Shown: piece by piece, positions 17,873-25,783 of the stretch | Layout of the letters: the number at the start of each line of letters is the position of its first letter | Position numbering within the stretch: the stretch's first letter is position 1 | Origin: Syntrophaceae bacterium UBA1062 | Lineage (GTDB): Bacteria > Desulfobacterota > Desulfomonilia > UBA1062 | Length of the DNA: 62,492 nt | NCBI GenBank assembly: GCA_002316295.1 | Contig: DCDF01000240.1 | Span: 1 to 62,492 of the forward strand | Direction of reading: 5' to 3' | The notes under the pieces: model-generated | Database searches by the model: none | What the model was told of the DNA's origin: nothing | What the model saw: the letters and a program-made list of their open reading frames with translations, nothing else | Made by a program: the position numbers and the translations under genes

Positions 17873-18151
17873 CTACCGTCCCACTCTGCCGAGCGAGGAA
17901 GTGAGATAGCCGCCGAGGTGATCAAATCCGTCATCTACGGCCTTCTTGAAGTCATCTCTGCCTTTTTTGTACATGCTCACCCATTCACTCAGAACGCCCT
18001 TGCTCTCCGATGGAAACCACCCTGTCTGATCCACGAAGGCATTGAAGACTTTCTCGGCCTGGTCCTGCATGGTAACGAGCGTCTCATAACCGTTGTCGAA
18101 GGCGGCTTTCTGCAAATCCACCATTTGTAAGGCCATGCTTTTCATGTCCAT
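17873..18151 (-). CDS. small phasin-like protein, paralog 3
   Basis: 92 aa. DLQKAAFDN...MQDQAEK...WFPSESK...MYKKGRDDFKKAVDDGF. AAGGGGGA RBS. 36 nt upstream of paralog 2. Confidence 0.6.
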   Translation of the reverse strand: MDMKSMALQMVDLQKAAFDNGYETLVTMQDQAEKVFNAFVDQTGWFPSESKGVLSEWVSMYKKGRDDFKKAVDDGFDHLGGYLTSSLGRVGR

Positions 18152-18192
18152 GATTCAATCCCCCTTTGCTTGAAAGCATTGATCTCAAACCA

Positions 18193-18220
18193 ATAATAGG
18201 GCTCCATGGTCAATTGTCAA
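18193..18220 (-). promoter_or_regulatory. candidate sigma-70 promoter of the phasin-like genes
   Basis: The reverse strand reads TTGACA-N16-TATTAT, about 40 nt upstream of the start codon at 18151. Confidence 0.45.
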
Positions 18221-18231
18221 GATAATTTTTG

Positions 18232-18241
18232 CATTGCAACA
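18232..18241. promoter_or_regulatory. CATTGCAACA motif, copy 1 (candidate PhaR operator)
   Basis: Lies just upstream of the -35 of the phasin promoter. An inverted copy is at 18353..18362. Confidence 0.3.
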
Positions 18242-18352
18242 TGCTGGATGAATCGCCTTTTTGCTGACAGAGATTGTATCTACCAGATTATATTAATATA
18301 TAATTATGTTCTTCCACCGTCTCAAATCGATTCCGTTGCCGAAGCAGAAAAT

Positions 18353-18362
18353 TGTTGCAATG
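18353..18362. promoter_or_regulatory. TGTTGCAATG motif, inverted copy 2 (candidate PhaR operator)
   Basis: Exact reverse complement of 18232..18241. About 135 nt upstream of phaR. Confidence 0.3.
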
Positions 18363-18495
18363 TAACATTCGTGTGGCGTTTGAGGTTTCCCTGTGATATA
18401 CAGACATGGACCGCCGGAGAAGAGAAGGCTTCTTGCCCGGCAACAACGCCGGGACAACCCTTTCCTTCGAGGGAAAGTTCTATCGGGGTGTATGA

Positions 18496-18966
18496 ATGGC
18501 TGACAGAGAAAAACTCAGGCTGAAAAAATACGGGAACCGGCGCCTGTATGATACGGCCCGGAGCACCTACGTCACGCTGAATCAGGTCGCGGATATCATC
18601 AAGCAGGGAACGGACGTGGAGGTCGTCGACGCGAAGACACAGGAAGATGTGACGGCATTTATTCTCACCCAGATCGTGCTGGAGCAGGCACGGAGAAAAA
18701 ACGCCCTTCTCCCCGTGGAGCTTCTCCATCTGATTATCCGCTATGGCGAAAACCTGCTGCAGGAATTTTTCCAGAAATATCTCGAGCAGACGATCAATGG
18801 GTATCTCCAGTTCAAGAGGTCCATGGACGAGCAGTTCAGCAAATGGATCGATATGCAGCTCAACTATTCGGATATGGCGCAGAAAACGTTTTCCGGACTG
18901 ACTCAATTGCAGAACATCTTCGGCCGGTCCCGGCAGACTCCGGGATCGAAAAACGACAAAGACTGA
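18496..18966 (+). CDS. phaR: PHA synthesis repressor PhaR
   Basis: 156 aa. N-terminal KKYGNRRLYDTARSTYVTLNQVADIIKQG matches the PHB/PHA accumulation regulator DNA-binding domain. Divergent from the phasin-like genes. Confidence 0.9.
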   Translation: MADREKLRLKKYGNRRLYDTARSTYVTLNQVADIIKQGTDVEVVDAKTQEDVTAFILTQIVLEQARRKNALLPVELLHLIIRYGENLLQEFFQKYLEQTINGYLQFKRSMDEQFSKWIDMQLNYSDMAQKTFSGLTQLQNIFGRSRQTPGSKNDKD

Positions 18967-19127
18967 TCCGCGAGCGGCCCCCGGAGCGCCGCCTCCGTTT
19001 ATCACGAGCGAAACCCGGTTCTTGCCTCGGGCCATCCTGAAGCCCGAACCGCCCGGGACACGCACCGACAACGGATCGCCCTCTCAACCATAAGGGCATC
19101 CGGGCCCGGTTTCCCCGTCACGGAGGC

Positions 19128-20204
19128 TCAGCCGGCGGCCGCCAACCCTGTCAAATCGGAAGCGGCTATCCTGCCCTTTATCGAGTACGCGGCCTCTTCG
19201 ACAAAGGCAAGGGCGGCGGGCCATTCGTGCTGCAGCGCTCTTCTGCCCATGAACACCGAGATGTGACCGGCCAGAGGAATCACCGCCTTGAAAATCTGGT
19301 CCCTGGGCGTTGAAGCATACAATTCGAGATTATGCACCTGGGGTATGAGGGTGATGTCGTCCCGCTCGCCGGCGAGCAGAGCCAGAGGGCACGATATATT
19401 CTGAAGGTCTACGTATTCACAGAGAACCTCCAGCGTGCCCTTGATGAGCCGGTTCTGCATGAAGAGCTTCTCCACTGCCTCGAGGTACCACCGTCCGGAG
19501 ATATCCTGGGTATACTCGTACCAGCGGCTGAATGTTTTTGTCCTCTTCAGATAATTCTCGTCCCTCACGTGTATCCAGAGGTTCAGATAGTCCCGGACGA
19601 ACCGGTCGTAGGCGTTCATCATCTTCCACCCCATGAGCATGAGGTCGCCGGACATGTTCCCCCCGCCGCAGTTTACGAGATACTGATAATACATGAGAGG
19701 AAGTGTATTCACGATATCCTGTATCTTCCCACCTCCGGCCGTGAAATCGATCGGAGCCGCGGCCAGCATGAGGGCACGGACATCTCCGGGAAACAGGGCG
19801 GCATAAATCGTGGCGAGCCATCCGCCCTGGCACAGGCCCGCGAGAACAACGGGCGCGCCCGCCTTTTTCACGCAGAGCATGACCTGCTGCACCAGATCGT
19901 CGATGGTCTCTTCTCTCCTGCTGAGCGTGCTCGATTTCCATTCGATTACATACACCGGACGGGCCGTATGCTTGAGGCATGTCTGAACCAGGCTCTGGCC
20001 GGGGGCATAGTCTGCAATGCTCGAATGGTGGCCAGCCTGGGGAGGGACGATCAGGATCGGGTCTCCTGTGCGGTCCTCATCGAATCTCCTCAAGACAACC
20101 GCCTTATCTTCGAAGATTTTCCTGTTCGGCGATATGAACTCCGGTTTTCCACGCGATGATGCGGTCTGAAAGAACTTCATGAGATCTGCATAAGGCGTAT
20201 TCAT
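19128..20204 (-). CDS. Cys-Asp-His alpha/beta hydrolase, PhaC class III-like or Cys-type intracellular PHA depolymerase (PhaZ-like)
   Basis: 358 aa. GLCQGG box, LAGERDDIT, PLAGHISVFMGRR. PPQAGHH and GHxxxFxGRR recall PhaZ-type depolymerases (from memory only). AAGGAG RBS. Confidence 0.75.
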   Translation of the reverse strand: MNTPYADLMKFFQTASSRGKPEFISPNRKIFEDKAVVLRRFDEDRTGDPILIVPPQAGHHSSIADYAPGQSLVQTCLKHTARPVYVIEWKSSTLSRREETIDDLVQQVMLCVKKAGAPVVLAGLCQGGWLATIYAALFPGDVRALMLAAAPIDFTAGGGKIQDIVNTLPLMYYQYLVNCGGGNMSGDLMLMGWKMMNAYDRFVRDYLNLWIHVRDENYLKRTKTFSRWYEYTQDISGRWYLEAVEKLFMQNRLIKGTLEVLCEYVDLQNISCPLALLAGERDDITLIPQVHNLELYASTPRDQIFKAVIPLAGHISVFMGRRALQHEWPAALAFVEEAAYSIKGRIAASDLTGLAAAG

Positions 20205-20524
20205 GGTGCATCTCCTTGGTGTATGAAATTGTGCCTTGCGGCTGGGGAGCGCTGATAAGAACCGATGATCCCGAGAGGGTACGCCGGTGCTGCCCTTGGT
20301 GCTGATACGGGTGCAAAAACAACTCGTTGATGCCCTTTCACGCCTTTCTTATACATCTTTTCCCAGTGCCAGTCCAGGAAGAAGTTAACACTGTAGAAAT
20401 CTTCGATTATCTGAGAATTTCTCGCAATAGGTTTGTGTTCCAACGTGTTGATATTTGTGAGAAATCGAATCCATCTCCATGAAGCGGTCGCCTTCCGGCC
20501 CACCGCCCGTTTTCTTAATTCCAT
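20201..20524 (-). CDS. hypothetical protein, divergent or truncated phasin-like paralog 4
   Basis: 107 aa from the ATG at 20524. SVNFFLDWHWEKMYKKG compares with SVSFFLD...WGNMYKKG in paralog 2. Its stop overlaps the start of the downstream hydrolase (ATGA). Weak RBS; the start is uncertain. Confidence 0.3.
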   Translation of the reverse strand: MELRKRAVGRKATASWRWIRFLTNINTLEHKPIARNSQIIEDFYSVNFFLDWHWEKMYKKGVKGHQRVVFAPVSAPRAAPAYPLGIIGSYQRSPAARHNFIHQGDAP

Positions 20525-20928
20525 CACGAAACAGCTTCCGGTGCGCTCCCTGTCAGGCCCCTGTGATAGATTCCGCAGCGATCTCGGCGATACCCGCTGT
20601 CCGTATCCGGCCTTGCAGTCCCACCGTCTTGACGGCATCGTCCGGCATGCGGCAGCACTGAGGGCGTGAGACCATCAGGGTGACGGCCCCGGTCACCAGC
20701 TCCTCCCTGACGCGGACGCGGCTGGAGAGGCGCATCCGGTCCCGAGCACATCGGTGAAGAATTTGCCTCAACCGCCGCAGCATAGGTTGTTCTGCATGGC
20801 ACAATCCATCTCACGGACCGAAGCCTCTGCATGAGGCCTCCTCTCACCGAGCAGGAATTCTGCCGCCTGATGATGCCTGTCCACGGCTCCGCTGCCTGCG
20901 GACGGGAATCGCTCGAATTTTCTGTTTC

Positions 20929-21846
20929 TTACTTTGCCTTCACGTCACCGGCGAGGAACCCCGGCTCGCCGTATGAGGGGTTCGGATACTTGTAGAAGCC
21001 TTCCTTGGTCTTGAACCCCAGGAGCCCTTTGTCCACATACCCTTTCAGAAAAGCCGCATTCGCCAGGGCCTGTGGATCGCCGGTCTTCCTGGCCCAGTAA
21101 TCGGTAATGGTATAGACCGTGGAGAGCCCGACCTGGTCCATGATGCCGAAGGGTCCGATCGGGGTGTGCATGACGCCCATCCACGAACGGTCGATGTCCT
21201 CGATAGAAGCCACCCCCTTCGATGCCAGAGAGAGCGAGGAGAAGAACAGGCTCGAAAGCATGGTGTTGAACACATAGCCGTTGTTTTCGCGGTTGAGCGT
21301 AATGACGATCTGCCCGATGCTCCTGGCAAACTCGCGGACGAGCTCGGTCACCTCCGGCGCGGTGCCCGGATGGGGCATGACGTCCACCACGCTGGAGGTC
21401 CGGACGTCATGGAAATGCAGGGCCGCGAACTTCTCCGGCCTGCCCGTCTTGTCCGCGATCATGGAGGGAACCAGCATCGATGTGTTGGTCGTGAAGATAG
21501 TCCTCTCCGGACAGAGCTCGTTGAACTGGTTGAATACCCGGGCTTTGACCGCCGGGTCCTCCGGCACGGACTCGCTGATGAAATCGGCGTCGCGGGCGGC
21601 AAGAGCCGGGTCCGAGGTGCCGGAGATGCGCGCCATGATCTCGCCGAGCTGCTCGGGGGCGATACGGCCTGTGGAGACAAACCACGACCCGAGCTTCTGC
21701 ATGCGGCTGATGGATTTGTCCAGGATCTCCTGGGAAATATCGTACATGACCACAGTGTATCCGTGCATTGCACAGGTGAACCCGATCTGCTGGCCCATCG
21801 TCCCTGCACCGAGGATGAGAACGCGCCTGATGTCGGAAAGTTTCAT
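20929..21846 (-). CDS. hbd: 3-hydroxyacyl-CoA (3-hydroxybutyryl-CoA) dehydrogenase
   Basis: 305 aa. Rossmann motif ILGAGTMGQQIG plus the HAD C-terminal domain. Confidence 0.9.
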   Translation of the reverse strand: MKLSDIRRVLILGAGTMGQQIGFTCAMHGYTVVMYDISQEILDKSISRMQKLGSWFVSTGRIAPEQLGEIMARISGTSDPALAARDADFISESVPEDPAVKARVFNQFNELCPERTIFTTNTSMLVPSMIADKTGRPEKFAALHFHDVRTSSVVDVMPHPGTAPEVTELVREFARSIGQIVITLNRENNGYVFNTMLSSLFFSSLSLASKGVASIEDIDRSWMGVMHTPIGPFGIMDQVGLSTVYTITDYWARKTGDPQALANAAFLKGYVDKGLLGFKTKEGFYKYPNPSYGEPGFLAGDVKAK

Positions 21847-21900
21847 GTCATTTCCTCCTTCAATAGTATGTATGCATCCGCCTTCTGCGGTGATCCGGGC

Positions 21901-22665
21901 TTACGCCAGCGCGCCTCCGTCCACCACGAACGATGCTCCGGTCGTGAAAGGCGCGGCGTCAGAAACCAGATAGAGCACCGCCCCGGCCATCTCCATGGGC
22001 TTCGCATGCCGCCCCATGGGGATCATCTTGACCGCGTAATCGTAGATCATGTCGTTTTCCATGATGGCCTTGGAGAAATGGGTGTCCACCAGGCCGGGTA
22101 GCAGGGCGTTGACCCGGATGTTCTTGGTTGCGAGCTCTTTGGCGAAGGCCTGTGTCATGGAGATGAGGCCGGCCTTGGTGATGGAGTAGATCCCCTGAAA
22201 CGGTGCGGGCTTGACGCCGTTGATGGAGGACACGTTCACGATGGAGCCACCGCCCGCCTCGATCATGAGCTTGGCCGCGTTCTGCACCAGGAAAAAGGGG
22301 CCCTTGAGATTCACGTCGAATGTCTTGTTCCACACCCCTTCGTCCGCGCCGAGCATCTCGCCGAAGTAGGGATTGGTGGCGGCGTTGTTGATGAGGATGT
22401 TGAGCGTGCCGTACTGCCGCCTGATCTTGCCGAAGAGCTCCTGGATCTGACCGAGATCGCCCACGTGGCAGGCCATCACCTCAGCCTTGCCTCCTCGGGA
22501 GGCGATCTTGCCGGCAACGCTTTGCAGGGCCTCCGCCTTTCTGCTCACCAGGATGCAGTGAGCCCCGTAATCGGCCAGAGTCACTGCGATGGCTTCCCCG
22601 ATACCCCTGCTCGCTCCGGTCACCAGGGCGATTTTTCCATCAAGCCGGAAATCTACCTTCTCCAT
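21901..22665 (-). CDS. SDR family oxidoreductase (FabG/LvaD-like)
   Basis: 254 aa. TGASRGIGEAIA, NNAA, and catalytic YSITKAG. Confidence 0.9.
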   Translation of the reverse strand: MEKVDFRLDGKIALVTGASRGIGEAIAVTLADYGAHCILVSRKAEALQSVAGKIASRGGKAEVMACHVGDLGQIQELFGKIRRQYGTLNILINNAATNPYFGEMLGADEGVWNKTFDVNLKGPFFLVQNAAKLMIEAGGGSIVNVSSINGVKPAPFQGIYSITKAGLISMTQAFAKELATKNIRVNALLPGLVDTHFSKAIMENDMIYDYAVKMIPMGRHAKPMEMAGAVLYLVSDAAPFTTGASFVVDGGALA

Positions 22666-22763
22666 ACATTCTCCTCCCGAATTCTCGGAAATTTCTGTTC
22701 GCTCCGCTCAAAGAGAAGACCTCTGCGCCGGGTGGATACTGATATCCCAACCCTTTCGTCTTC

Positions 22764-23831
22764 CTACAGGCCGCCGTTTTTGATGAAATTCAACGCGCTC
22801 TTCTCCAGGATATGAACGCCGAAGATGAGCACACTGAACCGCTCGTCCTTTGTCTGCCCGTGGTAAAACCGGTAGTAGATCTGCTGTGCGATGACCGCGA
22901 GACGGAAAATCCCGAAGCACAGGTAAAAATCGAAGTTGTCGACGGTGATGCCGGCGAGGGTTTCATACCTCCTCACCATCTCGGTGCGGGTCATGGCGCC
23001 GGGGAGTGTGGTTGGAAGCATCCGGGCCGCCTGTAATTCTTCCGGATCGTCGGCCTGGACCCAGTATCCAAGCGAACTGCCCAGGTCCATGAGAGGGTCG
23101 CCTATGGTCGCCATCTCCCAGTCGAGCACGCCGATGATCTCCTGCGGATTTTCGGGGTTCAGCACCACGTTGTCGAACTTGTAGTCGTTGTGGATCACAC
23201 CGGGCTTGGGAGAATCGGGCGGCATCTTCTCGAAAAGCCACTGCATGACGGTTTCGAAGTCCGGGGCGTCCGGAGTGCGCGCGGCCCGGTATCGATCAGA
23301 CCAACCTTCCACCTGCCGTTTCACATACCCTTCTGGCCTGCCGAACCCATCGAGACCGACGGCCTTGTAATCGATCGCATGAAGCTTGTACTGAACATCG
23401 AGGAGATTCTCGCACAGGGTGCGCATCTGCTTTGGAGTGAACTCGAGGCCCTTGGGCAGATTCTTCCTCAGGATGATGCCCGGGATGCGCTCCATCACAT
23501 AGAAGGGGCAGCCCATCACCGACTCGTCCTCGGTGTAGAGCAGCGGCCTGGGACAGTAGGGATACACGCCCTTGAGCGCGCTCAAGATCCGGTACTCCCT
23601 TCCCATGTCGTGGGCGGTCTTGGCCTTCCTGCCGAACGGCGGTCTCCTCAGGACGAGCTCGGTGGCGCCTACGCGTATCAGATAGGTGAGGTTGGAAAAA
23701 CCGCTCGGAAACTGCTCGACGATCATCTCACCCGAGAGCCCCGGTATGGAGCCTCTCAAAAACTCCCCCACCTTGCCGGTGTCGAGCTCTTCACCCTGCC
23801 TGATGTGCACTGCCTTATCGGAAAAATCCAT
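22764..23831 (-). CDS. phosphotransferase (APH/LvaA-like kinase family)
   Basis: 355 aa. Catalytic loop VIHNDYKFDN and DWEMATIGDP. Same architecture as the kinase domains that partner with ACADs. Confidence 0.9.
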   Translation of the reverse strand: MDFSDKAVHIRQGEELDTGKVGEFLRGSIPGLSGEMIVEQFPSGFSNLTYLIRVGATELVLRRPPFGRKAKTAHDMGREYRILSALKGVYPYCPRPLLYTEDESVMGCPFYVMERIPGIILRKNLPKGLEFTPKQMRTLCENLLDVQYKLHAIDYKAVGLDGFGRPEGYVKRQVEGWSDRYRAARTPDAPDFETVMQWLFEKMPPDSPKPGVIHNDYKFDNVVLNPENPQEIIGVLDWEMATIGDPLMDLGSSLGYWVQADDPEELQAARMLPTTLPGAMTRTEMVRRYETLAGITVDNFDFYLCFGIFRLAVIAQQIYYRFYHGQTKDERFSVLIFGVHILEKSALNFIKNGGL

Positions 23832-24531
23832 GGCCCTCCTCCTCTTTCTTCTTCACCAGGATATATGAAAGGATGATATCCATAAGGGACGCCGCATACT
23901 GCTCGACCGTGACCCTGCGCCGTTCGTACTTCCATCTCTTGAGGTACCAATCCTGGAGCATCGCCTTGATGAGAGCGGCGCTCAGCCGGGAGTCCACCTG
24001 CCTGAACGACCCTTCTCTCACGCCCGCCTCAATGATGTCGGCAAAGATCTGCTCGGTGAACAACTCCGCCTCGATGGCCTTCTTGTGGGCTTCTCTGGGC
24101 AGATTCTTGGTTTCCATGTAGGAGAAATAGAACCAGGGCTGAAGGACCTCGCTCAGGTAGAGATGTACCTGTACAGCCGTTTTCAACCTTTCCTGCGGAT
24201 CTTCGACGCCCTCGAGGTTTTCGGTCATCACCCTCAGTATCACGCTCCTGCCCTGCTGCTGGATCATATCCAGGAGCTCTTCCTTGCTTGAAATGTACGA
24301 ATACAGAGCCCCCATGCTCAGACCCGCTTCGCTGCTCAGGTCCCGCAGGCTCATGGAGGCAAAGCCCTTGACGTTGCTGATGGCGAGCGCGGCATCCATG
24401 ATCTTCACCAGATTCCTGACTGCAACTTTCTCTTTCTTGATCTTGATGCGGTCTCTGTTCTCGGCCAGCAGCTCCCGGGAGATGTCCTCCTTGGAAAGCT
24501 GGACCGATTTCCTGAATGTCTCGAATTTCAA
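23815..24531 (-). CDS. TetR family transcriptional regulator
   Basis: 238 aa. N-terminal HTH SMSLRDLSSEAGLSMGALYSYISSKEELL. Overlaps the kinase gene by 17 nt. Confidence 0.9.
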   Translation of the reverse strand: MKFETFRKSVQLSKEDISRELLAENRDRIKIKKEKVAVRNLVKIMDAALAISNVKGFASMSLRDLSSEAGLSMGALYSYISSKEELLDMIQQQGRSVILRVMTENLEGVEDPQERLKTAVQVHLYLSEVLQPWFYFSYMETKNLPREAHKKAIEAELFTEQIFADIIEAGVREGSFRQVDSRLSAALIKAMLQDWYLKRWKYERRRVTVEQYAASLMDIILSYILVKKKEEEGHGFFR

Positions 24532-24547
24532 TGCCGCTCCCCTGTCT

Positions 24548-25756
24548 TCAGCGCACTTCCCGGCCTTCGTATTCCTTCAGGATCCGCCTTGCCAGCGACA
24601 CTTTGTGCACCTCGTCGGCACCGTCGTAGATTCTTGCCGCCCGCTCGTGACGGTAAAAGAAGGGGATGATGATATCGTCGGTCATGCCGAGCCCCCCGTG
24701 GACCTGCAGGGCCTTGTCGATCACGCTCTGCATGACATTGGCGGTAAAGAACTTGATCATGGAGACATCCTGCCTGGCCGCCTTGTTCCCGTACTTCTCC
24801 ATCTTCCAGGCCGTATTGAGAATCATGAGCCGTGCGGCCTGAATATTGGCAGCGCACTCGGAGATCCACGCCTGGATGATCTGCCTGGTGGCGAGGGTCC
24901 TGCCGTCCGGGGTGATGGCTCGTTTGGACGCCCGGGAGCACATGAGATCGAAGCAGCGGTTGCAGATGCCGATCCATCTCATACAGTGGTGGATCCTGCC
25001 CGGGCCGAGGCGTTCCTGTGCGATGATGAACCCATTACCCTCGCCGCCCAGAAGGTTCTTCTGCGGCACGCGGCAGTTCTGGTAGAGGATCTCGCCGTGA
25101 CCCGTGTAATCCGTGCCCGCCTCCCCCATGACCGGGATGTTCCTCACCTGGTTGAAGCCCGGCGTGCTGCAGGGCACGATGATCATGCTCGCCTGGAGGT
25201 AGGTGGGGGCATCGGGATTGGTGACCGCCATGACGATGGCGAACTCGGCGCCGTCGGAGGAGGACGTATACCACTTCTGGCCGTTGATGACATAATCGTC
25301 GCCGTCCTTGACCGCCGTAGTCGCCATCATGACCGGGTTGGAGCCGGGCATCTCCACCTCTGTCATGGAGAAGCAGCTCCTGATCTTTCCTTCGACCAGC
25401 GGCCTCAGGTATTTCTCCTTCTGCTCCGGTGTCCCGTGGAGGTGCAGGATTTCGATGTTGCCGGCGTCGGGTGCCTGGCACCCGAACACATAGTGCCCGA
25501 TAGGTGTCCTGCCGAGCGATTCCGATACGAAGGCATGCTCCACAAGGTTCAATCCCATGCCGCCGTACTCCTTGGGATGGTTCGGCGCCCATAGCTCCAT
25601 CTTCTTGACCATATTGCGCTTTTCCTCGAGGACGGGAAGCATCTCCCTGAAGCTTTTGTTGAGGAATTCCCTCTCCATGGGGATGAGCTCCCTGTCCACG
25701 AACTCGTCGATCATCTCCGTGATCGCCTTGATCTTGTCCGGAACCTCGAAATCCAT
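24548..25756 (-). CDS. acyl-CoA dehydrogenase family protein
   Basis: 402 aa. ACAD fold motifs (CFSMTEVEMPGSN, QVHGGLGMTDD). Confidence 0.9.
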   Translation of the reverse strand: MDFEVPDKIKAITEMIDEFVDRELIPMEREFLNKSFREMLPVLEEKRNMVKKMELWAPNHPKEYGGMGLNLVEHAFVSESLGRTPIGHYVFGCQAPDAGNIEILHLHGTPEQKEKYLRPLVEGKIRSCFSMTEVEMPGSNPVMMATTAVKDGDDYVINGQKWYTSSSDGAEFAIVMAVTNPDAPTYLQASMIIVPCSTPGFNQVRNIPVMGEAGTDYTGHGEILYQNCRVPQKNLLGGEGNGFIIAQERLGPGRIHHCMRWIGICNRCFDLMCSRASKRAITPDGRTLATRQIIQAWISECAANIQAARLMILNTAWKMEKYGNKAARQDVSMIKFFTANVMQSVIDKALQVHGGLGMTDDIIIPFFYRHERAARIYDGADEVHKVSLARRILKEYEGREVR

Positions 25757-25783
25757 ATCCTTACCCTCCTTTTTGGGGTTTGT

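Noticed and set aside
20768-20809. 13-codon Cys-rich ORF MDCAMQNNLCCGG as a possible peptide precursor.
   Set aside because: No RBS, no associated maturation enzyme nearby, and it overlaps two other candidate frames. It is most likely chance.
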